This document shows positions 23,886 through 29,822 of a stretch of 45,978 nucleotides of DNA, in pieces (positions within the stretch are counted from its first letter, which is position 1; every line of letters starts with the position of its first letter). The notes beneath the pieces are model-generated. The model searched no databases, was not told the DNA's origin, and was given only the letters and a program-made list of their open reading frames with translations. The translations under genes and the position numbers were made by a program. Source of the DNA: an uncultured Candidatus Saccharibacteria bacterium (GTDB lineage Bacteria; Patescibacteriota; Minisyncoccia; Phycocordibacterales; GWA1-40-21); the NCBI GenBank assembly GCA_964479775.1, contig CAYZNH010000001.1, positions 30,032-76,009 on the forward strand. Reading direction: 5' to 3'.

Positions 23886-25808
23886 ATGAAAAATAAAACA
23901 GTAAACAAAACAATATTCTCAAAAAATGCTTTTTCTGTAGAAAAAACTTTTATAATTTCTATATTAGTAGTTAGTCTATTTTCTATATTAACAAAGAATG
24001 CTCAAGCTGATGTTAATACTCCTTGTTCTGCAACATGTAGTCAATATTCTAATAGTGGTAATTATACCTCTTGGAGAGTTAGTGCTGTTTCTGGTTCTTG
24101 TGATAATAACAGTAAAAAATATTATTATAAGACAGATGAAAGTAATACAGATAGATTGTTTTATACTTCAGCAGTTGGTTTATCAAGTAATACTTCTCGT
24201 GTTTTTTCTACTCCTTCAGATGTTGGTAGTGTTTACGTTCGTATAACAACTGAAAATGATGGTAGTACAGGATGGATTTCTTGTGGTTCTGGTAGTAAAG
24301 AGAATATCGATAATATATCTTCTTTAACAGCTTCTTGTTCTCCGAATAAGAGTTCTATAGAAATTGGTGAATCTGTTGTTTGGACAGTCAATGCTTCTGG
24401 TCCTTATTCAAATTATTCTTATACTTGGTCTGGTACAGATGATATTTCAAGTAATAATAGTTCTGTAACAAAAACATACAATACTTCAGGTACAAAAACA
24501 GCGAGGGTTACTGTTAAAAATTATAAAACATGTTCGTCTTGTTCAAAAACAATAACTGTGTCTTGTGGTTCTGTTGTTGTTAATGATATAGACGATCTTG
24601 ATGTTTCTTGTTCGGCTAATCCAGATAATATTGAAATTGGTGAATCTACAACTTGGACAGCAAGTGTCTCTGGTGGTACAGGTTCATATTCATACTCATG
24701 GTCAGGTACAAACAGTTTGTCTGGTAGTTCAAAGACTATTACAAAAACATATACTAGTGAAGGGACAAAGTCTGCAACTGTTAGGGTAACATCTGGTGGT
24801 AAAACTGGTTATGCAAACTGTTCTATGAGTGTGGAGGAAGAGATTAACGATAATCTAGAAGTTTCTTGTTATGCTGATGATGATTCTGTAGAAACAGGTG
24901 ATTCAATTAAATGGATTGCTGAAGCAGATGGTGGAAGTGGTTCATATTCATACTCATGGTCAGGTACAAACAGTTTATCTGGTAGTTCAAAGACTGTTAC
25001 AAAAAAATATACTTCAGATGGTGAAAAATATGCAAAGGTTAGAGTAACTTCTGGTGGACAAACAGAATATGCTACATGTTATGCAGATGTTGAGGAAGAA
25101 GATGAAGATGATGACTTAGAAGTTTCTTGTTATGCTGATGATGATTCTGTAGAAACGGGTGATTCAATTAAATGGATTGCTGAAGCTGACGGCGGAAGTG
25201 GTTCGTATAAATACAGCTGGTCTGGTACAGATGATCTTGATGGAAGTTCACGAACAGTAACAGAAAGGTATTATGACGAGGGTGAAAAAAAAGCTAGAGT
25301 TAAGGTAACTTCTGGTGGACAAACAGAATATGCCACATGTTATGCAGATGTTGAAGACGATAATCAAGTTTTGTCATATGTTCAAACATCTAATACTATG
25401 CCTTTGGTTTCTTCTGTATATTTAAGTGATATTCCTTATACTGGTGCTGGTGATAATATTAAGATAGTATTGTTCATTACAGCTTTGGTTTTGTGGAGTA
25501 TGCTATTGGCTTATTATTTCTTAAAAAAGAAATTAAATAACAATGAGGTTGTTCCTGAAATAATAAAAAATTCTGATAACAAATCTTTTGAAGTAAGTAA
25601 TCTTTTTGAAGAAAAAAGTGTAACTGAAAATAAAGCAATACAAGATATAGAAGATTATGCAAGAATGAATAAAATTATACTTTCATCTTCTGCATCAGAA
25701 AAAATCTTTAAACTTTCAAAACTTGGAAAAGTTAAAGCGAATGAAGTTATAAAAGGTTTATCTATTGGTGATTGGGTTGCTGTAAGTGAGGAAGATATAA
25801 GAGAATAA
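23886..25808 (+). CDS. surface protein with four PKD-like repeats, an internal sortase-type signal (IPYTG + TM + KKK) and a 90-aa cytoplasmic tail
   Basis: N-terminal signal/anchor. Four repeats of the pattern SC..(N/D)..(I/V)E.GES..W.A...GG.GSY.YSWSGT. IPYTGAG at residues 516-522, then a hydrophobic stretch and KKK. Confidence 0.7.
   Translation: MKNKTVNKTIFSKNAFSVEKTFIISILVVSLFSILTKNAQADVNTPCSATCSQYSNSGNYTSWRVSAVSGSCDNNSKKYYYKTDESNTDRLFYTSAVGLSSNTSRVFSTPSDVGSVYVRITTENDGSTGWISCGSGSKENIDNISSLTASCSPNKSSIEIGESVVWTVNASGPYSNYSYTWSGTDDISSNNSSVTKTYNTSGTKTARVTVKNYKTCSSCSKTITVSCGSVVVNDIDDLDVSCSANPDNIEIGESTTWTASVSGGTGSYSYSWSGTNSLSGSSKTITKTYTSEGTKSATVRVTSGGKTGYANCSMSVEEEINDNLEVSCYADDDSVETGDSIKWIAEADGGSGSYSYSWSGTNSLSGSSKTVTKKYTSDGEKYAKVRVTSGGQTEYATCYADVEEEDEDDDLEVSCYADDDSVETGDSIKWIAEADGGSGSYKYSWSGTDDLDGSSRTVTERYYDEGEKKARVKVTSGGQTEYATCYADVEDDNQVLSYVQTSNTMPLVSSVYLSDIPYTGAGDNIKIVLFITALVLWSMLLAYYFLKKKLNNNEVVPEIIKNSDNKSFEVSNLFEEKSVTENKAIQDIEDYARMNKIILSSSASEKIFKLSKLGKVKANEVIKGLSIGDWVAVSEEDIRE
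24321..25367 (+). repeat. in-frame tandem repeats (about 261 bp) encoding four PKD-like modules, mosaic identity
   Basis: Repeat 3 (24855-25115) and repeat 4 (25116-25367) are near-identical over the first 70 nt and the last 50 nt. The middle of repeat 3 (24941-25012) instead matches repeat 2 (24681-24755). Confidence 0.85.
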
Positions 25809-25811
25809 AAA

Positions 25812-25860
25812 AAATACAAATACAAAGAGCGAGCCGTAAACGGCTCGCTTTTTGTATTTT
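25812..25860. terminator. bidirectional terminator between 23886-25808 and thrS
   Basis: AGCGAGCCG (25828-25836), loop TAAA, CGGCTCGCT (25841-25849). A-rich and T-rich flanks. Confidence 0.8.
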
Positions 25861-25892
25861 TACATGTATAACAACTATAACACTTACAACGA

Positions 25893-27632
25893 CTATAACT
25901 TCTTATTGTCTCTTTCTTCTATTATCTTTTCAATAAACTCTTTTAAATCCATTTGTCCAAGTTGTCCTTTGTCTCTGTTTTCTACAGTTATTTTATTTAC
26001 TGCGATATCTTTATCACCAATTATTATTGTATAGGGGATTTTTTTATTTTTTGCATCGCGTATTTTTCCACCCATATTACCTTCATTCATATCACAATCT
26101 ACTCGGAATCCATTTGCTTTAAGTTCGTCTCCAACTTGTTTTGCTATATCATTATGGTTTTCTCTTACTGGTACAATTTTAATCTGTACTGGAGAAAGCC
26201 AAAGAGGAAAGTTTCCTGCATAGTGTTCTATCATAACCCCCATAAATCTTTCAAGTGATCCAGAGACCGCTCTGTGTATAACAACCGGTCTTTCCTTTTC
26301 ACCTTTTTCATTTGTAAAAGATAAATCAAATCTTTCTGGTAAGTTGAAGTCACATTGTATTGTGGCCAGTTGCCATTCTCTTCCTATTGCATCCTTAAAC
26401 ATAAAGTCTAGTTTTGGTCCATAAAAAGCAGCTTCACCTTCAACTCTTTTATAATTTAATTCGTTTTCTTTTGCGGCTTTTTCTAGGGCAGATTCAGCTT
26501 TCTCCCAAACTTCATCTCCTCCAAGATATTTACTTCTATCATCACCACGAACAGAAAGTCTTACCCAATAACCACTCATCATGTTCATTGTTGTGTAGAA
26601 TTCTTTGATGATTTTTACTATAGTTCCAACCTCTTCAGATATTTGAGATACTCTACAAAATAAGTGTCCGTCGTCTTGAGTTATAGCACGAACTCTTGTA
26701 AGTCCAGAAAGTTGTCCTGCTTTTTCATATCTATAAACTGTTGCTGGTTCAAAATATCTTACTGGCATATCTCTATAGGAGAATTGATTGTCAGAAAAGA
26801 TTTGCATATGGTGAGGACAGTTCATTGGCTTCATGAAAAACTCTTCGTCACCTCCTTTTACTCGGAAAAGTTCTTCTCCAAACTTCGCTGCATGTCCTGA
26901 TGTTTCGTAAAGTCCCTTTTTTGTGATATGTGGAGTCCAAACTCTGTCATATCCTTTACTCTTATGTAAATCCCACAAATAATCTTCAATCTCTTTTCTG
27001 AGTATCATTCCATTTGGTTGTAATAGCGGAAGACCTGCACCTACCAAGTCAGATATTGTAAAGAGCTTAAGTTCTTTACCGATTTTTCTATGGTCTCTTT
27101 TTCTTGCTTCTTCTTGTTGTAACTCATATGCAATAAGTTCTTCTTTTGTGGCAAAAGCTAAACCATATATTCTTGTGAGCATTTTATTATTTTCATTTCC
27201 TTTCCAGTAAGCTCCAGCAATTCTTTCAAGTTTAAAAGCATCTGTTTTAATTTCATCCATTTTTTCAATATGTGGTCCAGCACAAAGATCTGTAAAATCT
27301 CCAGATGTATAGGTACTGAGTTCTTTTCCATCTTTATTATATTCTTCTATAAGTTCAAGTTTATAAGGATTTCCTTCAAAAAGTTTTTTTGCTTCTTCAT
27401 AAGAAATATTTTTCTTTTCAAAACCTTGCCATTTCTTGAAAATCTCACGCATCTTTTGTTCTATATTTTCTAAATCTTTTTCTGTAATGGGTGTTGTAAA
27501 GTCGAAGTCATAGTAAAAGCCATTTTCAATAGCAGGACCTGTGGCTATTTTTACATCAGGATATAGTTCTAATACAGCCGCACCAAGTAAGTGGGCTAGG
27601 GAATGTCTTATTTTAAAAATTTTGTCTTCCAT
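25893..27632 (-). CDS. thrS: threonine--tRNA ligase (no N-terminal TGS domain)
   Basis: Starts at the editing/SAD domain (RHSLAHLLGAAV). Class II motifs (FRVKGGDEEFFMKPMNCPHH, YRYEKAGQLSGLTRVR, GPKLDF) and a C-terminal anticodon-binding domain. Confidence 0.95.
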   Translation of the reverse strand: MEDKIFKIRHSLAHLLGAAVLELYPDVKIATGPAIENGFYYDFDFTTPITEKDLENIEQKMREIFKKWQGFEKKNISYEEAKKLFEGNPYKLELIEEYNKDGKELSTYTSGDFTDLCAGPHIEKMDEIKTDAFKLERIAGAYWKGNENNKMLTRIYGLAFATKEELIAYELQQEEARKRDHRKIGKELKLFTISDLVGAGLPLLQPNGMILRKEIEDYLWDLHKSKGYDRVWTPHITKKGLYETSGHAAKFGEELFRVKGGDEEFFMKPMNCPHHMQIFSDNQFSYRDMPVRYFEPATVYRYEKAGQLSGLTRVRAITQDDGHLFCRVSQISEEVGTIVKIIKEFYTTMNMMSGYWVRLSVRGDDRSKYLGGDEVWEKAESALEKAAKENELNYKRVEGEAAFYGPKLDFMFKDAIGREWQLATIQCDFNLPERFDLSFTNEKGEKERPVVIHRAVSGSLERFMGVMIEHYAGNFPLWLSPVQIKIVPVRENHNDIAKQVGDELKANGFRVDCDMNEGNMGGKIRDAKNKKIPYTIIIGDKDIAVNKITVENRDKGQLGQMDLKEFIEKIIEERDNKKL

Positions 27633-27641
27633 ATTATTTCT

Positions 27642-27709
27642 GTCATTGCGAGGTAATCCGTGGCAATCCAGGAACTAATTCTGGTTTGCTTCGCTTTATT
27701 CGCAAAGAC
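27642..27709. repeat. palindromic double-hairpin repeat (GCGAAGC-core family) inside the thrS leader
   Basis: GTCATTGCGAGGTAATCCGTGGCAATCCAG ... CTGGTTTGCTTCGCTTTATTCGCAAAGAC. The arms are imperfect reverse complements and each arm is itself a hairpin (ATTGC..GCAAT, TTGC..GCAA). A related copy lies at 29560-29666. Confidence 0.7.
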
Positions 27710-27718
27710 GATTAAGTT

Positions 27719-27893
27719 AATAAAAAATAAATCGCCCCGATAAAAAACAAATTAATTGTTTTTTATCGGGGCGACTCAGTATCGCGGTTCCACCCGAATT
27801 TCTCTTAAAAAGAGAATCTCTTTAGTTTTTTTATAGATTAGCCATTTTGGTCCTTTTAGGGGATTATGGTTGGTAGCCATAACAATCTCTATG
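27719..27893 (-). promoter_or_regulatory. T-box riboswitch leader of thrS
   Basis: The minus strand carries the T-box core GGGTGGAACCGCG (27783-27795). It is followed directly by a terminator, GTCGCCCCGATAAAAAACAA / TTGTTTTTTATCGGGGCGA (27731-27775), plus a U tract. Stem III-like AAAGAGA-TTC-TCTCTTT and an AGAGA motif sit near the 5' end. ACC (Thr) codons at 27872-27874 and 27849-27851 are each followed by A. Confidence 0.75.
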
Positions 27894-27898
27894 TATCT

Positions 27899-27926
27899 AT
27901 AATAGTAGATTGTAGCAGGATGTCAA
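27899..27926 (-). promoter_or_regulatory. promoter of the thrS T-box leader
   Basis: Minus strand: TTGACA (27926-27921), 16-nt spacer, TATTAT (27904-27899). Confidence 0.6.
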
Positions 27927-27961
27927 ATAAAATAAGGAGTGATAATTCACGATTATATTTT

Positions 27962-28074
27962 ATTGACCCCGTCATCATTTTAACAAATTAAGAATGATTA
28001 TAATTGTTTAGATAAAGAAAATATAATTTATTATTATTGATATATTAATAATAAAAATGGTGTTGGGGGTCAAT
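27962..28074. repeat. AT-rich spacer clamped by a 9-bp GC inverted repeat
   Basis: ATTGACCCC (27962-27970) and GGGGTCAAT (28066-28074) are perfect inverted repeats around about 95 nt of AT-rich DNA. Same architecture as 16384-16537 and 29444-29541. Confidence 0.5.
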
Positions 28075-28108
28075 TGTTAGGTTGTTTATTTTTTGATATA
28101 ACTGATCT

Positions 28109-28438
28109 ATGAAAAAAGATACTTCATTTTATGATTTTGTTATTTATGATTTGATGAATAGCCTTTCTGATATTTCTTCACGACCAATGATGAGTGGTTG
28201 GTGTATTTATTCTAATAAAATTCCTTTTGCTGCGATTATTGGAAATGAACTATTTTTTAAAGTAAAAGATAGTGAGATGAAAGAGAAGTTAAAAAAACTT
28301 GGATCTCTACAATTTAAATATAAAAAGAAAGATAAAAAAGTAGTAACGATGTCTTACTGGTCTGTACCAGAAGAGTCGATAGATAACTCAGATTTATTTC
28401 TTGAATTGGCGAATGAAGTTATAAAAGGCGTAATTTGA
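28109..28438 (+). CDS. TfoX N-terminal domain protein
   Basis: LSDISSRPMMSGWCIYSNKIPFAAIIGNELFFKV matches the TfoX_N pattern (R.MFGG..ly..g..fa.i.d..lylK). Confidence 0.55.
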   Translation: MKKDTSFYDFVIYDLMNSLSDISSRPMMSGWCIYSNKIPFAAIIGNELFFKVKDSEMKEKLKKLGSLQFKYKKKDKKVVTMSYWSVPEESIDNSDLFLELANEVIKGVI

Positions 28439-28463
28439 CAAGTGATATTAATAGGTGTATAAT
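28435..28463 (+). promoter_or_regulatory. perfect-consensus sigma70 promoter of GC-rich cassette 2
   Basis: TTGACA 28435-28440 (overlaps the TGA stop of the upstream gene), 17-nt spacer, TATAAT 28458-28463. Shares TTGACAA and AGGTGTAT with the cassette 1 promoter. Confidence 0.7.
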
Positions 28464-28469
28464 TAACAT

Positions 28470-28638
28470 AGAGTAAGGTCTTTAAAAAGTCATTTAAAAT
28501 TTGCCACAGCAGAAAGTCTTTAGATTATTGAGGTCTTTCTGCTGTGGCAAAACTACAGTACTTTTAGCTCTCTCTTATAACTAAGGCAATTCCGCTTTAG
28601 AATATTAGACGGCAGAAGTAGAAGGAAGGAAACTGACC
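28470..28638 (+). promoter_or_regulatory. about 170-nt structured 5' leader of cassette 2
   Basis: Perfect 16-bp stem, 28501-28516 (TTGCCACAGCAGAAAG) with 28535-28550 (CTTTCTGCTGTGGCAA). Followed by AACTACAGTA, then SD GAAGGAAGGA at 28621-28630. Confidence 0.55.
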
Positions 28639-29298
28639 ATGGATATCATGCTCAGAGAAGTACTAAAGGAACTCGTATATGTCCAAGAAAATCTTCTTGG
28701 GATAATTTACGACTTCTTGAAGAAGTTGAATGCCGACAAGACGGGGGAATTTTTGAAGCGATTCAAACTTTTTCTTCGTGACGAGCTCGTCGTTAGTAAA
28801 CCCGTTCGAGTTTGGAAAACGTGGATGACGATCAAACTCGGCACACTCAAGAATGTTGAAGAAATTCGCAAAGCCCTCAAGGCTGGCGGAAACAACATCA
28901 GTGACTGGGCGAATGACATCCTCGGCAAGCCCGCTTTCACGGTGAGCGAAACCGAACAGGAAGTCGAACTCGTGAATGTCTCCGTCGAAGAGTTGGGCTT
29001 CAAGCAAGGTGCTTGCTATGCAGACATCTGCAAGCGTGCATTGGAGCTTGGACTCGACCTGTGTCCTGCTGAAGTTGGTCCCCAACTGCGTTTGCAGTAT
29101 AAGGATCAGCCCAAGGGAACATACGTGGTAGTGGCGATGAATGCTATTATCGCTTCGGATGGCGATCTCATCGTGTTCGGTGTGGGGAGTTACGATGGTA
29201 GCGATCAGTATCTCGATGCCGACTTCGGCTATGCTGGCTATGTCTGGGTCGCTCACAGCCGTTTTGTGTTCCTGCGTCGCAAGAGCACTCAGAACTAG
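28639..29298 (+). CDS. hypothetical protein, GC-rich cassette 2 (distant paralogue of 6727-7416)
   Basis: 219-aa ORF with an SD 8 nt upstream. Hand count gives 34/60 GC in 28921-28980. The C-terminal region LCPAEVGPQLRLQYKDQPKG...VFGVGSYDG...LDAD...VWVAHSRFVFLRRK aligns by eye with the C-terminus of cassette 1. Confidence 0.65.
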   Translation: MDIMLREVLKELVYVQENLLGIIYDFLKKLNADKTGEFLKRFKLFLRDELVVSKPVRVWKTWMTIKLGTLKNVEEIRKALKAGGNNISDWANDILGKPAFTVSETEQEVELVNVSVEELGFKQGACYADICKRALELGLDLCPAEVGPQLRLQYKDQPKGTYVVVAMNAIIASDGDLIVFGVGSYDGSDQYLDADFGYAGYVWVAHSRFVFLRRKSTQN

Positions 29299-29368
29299 GT
29301 CCCTCAGATCTTTTGGATCCTTGGACCTTGGTTTAGTTAGAAGTACTGAAAAGGATGGTTAATAAATT

Positions 29369-29408
29369 GGCGGTGTTCTGTGTAATGCAGAACATCGCCT
29401 TTTCTTTT
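29369..29408 (+). terminator. rho-independent terminator of cassette 2
   Basis: GGCGGTGTTCTG (29369-29380) / CAGAACATCGCC (29388-29399), then TTTTCTTTT. Confidence 0.8.
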
Positions 29409-29541
29409 GGAAAATAACGAGCGAAGCGACTATATTTTCCTAGACCCCATTAAACTTTTTTGATTATTAAATTATTTATATAATAATTATATATATGTAA
29501 CTTATGTAAATAATATACAAAAGTAAAAAGTTGTACGGGGT
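29409..29541. repeat. second copy of the hairpin-plus-GC-clamp AT-rich element
   Basis: Stem GGAAAATA (29409-29416) / TATTTTCC (29433-29440). Its 16-nt loop ACGAGCGAAGCGACTA is 14/16 identical to the loop at 16356-16371. Then ACCCC (29444-29448) ... GGGGT (29537-29541) around AT-rich DNA. Confidence 0.55.
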
Positions 29542-29559
29542 TTTGCATTTTTTTGTATT

Positions 29560-29666
29560 GTCATTACGAGAAGGTACTCCGACGTAGTAATCCATGTTTG
29601 TATTTATTTTTAAAATTAAATTAATTAACCTGGATTGCCACAGGTGAGTACACCTTCGCAATGACG
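29560..29666. repeat. palindromic double-hairpin repeat (GCGAAGC-core family), copy 2
   Basis: The left arm is GTCATTACGAGAAGGTACTCCGACGTAGTAATCCATG. The reverse complement of the right arm is CGTCATTGCGAAGGTGTACTCACCTGTGGCAATCCAGG. An AT-rich loop of about 32 nt separates them, and the ends match copy 27642-27709. Confidence 0.65.
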
Positions 29667-29669
29667 TGC

Positions 29670-29681
29670 GGGGGGGGGGGG
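29670..29681. repeat. G12 homopolymer tract
   Basis: Twelve consecutive G (29670-29681) immediately after the palindromic element, in a genome of about 30% GC. Confidence 0.9.
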
Positions 29682-29791
29682 TATTATTGATAGTGAGCGA
29701 AGCTGAGCTTTTTGAAAGCCTTACGGAAATAAATTTGTAGCAACAAATTTCTTGAGTAGAGAATAAATTTTCTGACGAAAAAATTTATATC

Positions 29792-29822
29792 GTGCTTTAT
29801 AAAAGTTCTGCAAGCGAACTTT
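29792..29822 (-). terminator. terminator of dnaE
   Basis: AAAGTTC (29802-29808) / GAACTTT (29816-29822) hairpin abuts the dnaE stop. On the minus strand it is followed by TTTTAT. Confidence 0.55.

Noticed and set aside
24321-25367. Regular ~261-bp repeats that could be mistaken for a CRISPR-like or satellite array
   Set aside because: They are in frame inside a long ORF and encode PKD-like protein modules. There is no short repeat plus unique spacer organisation.
28663-29256. 197-aa minus-strand ORF almost fully antisense to cassette 2, plus 28707-29003 (-) and 29141-29362 (+)
   Set aside because: Long antisense and out-of-frame ORFs are expected in GC-rich coding DNA because stop codons are AT-rich. 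They have no SD or promoter, and their sequences are low-complexity. The plus-strand frame has the SD, promoter and terminator.
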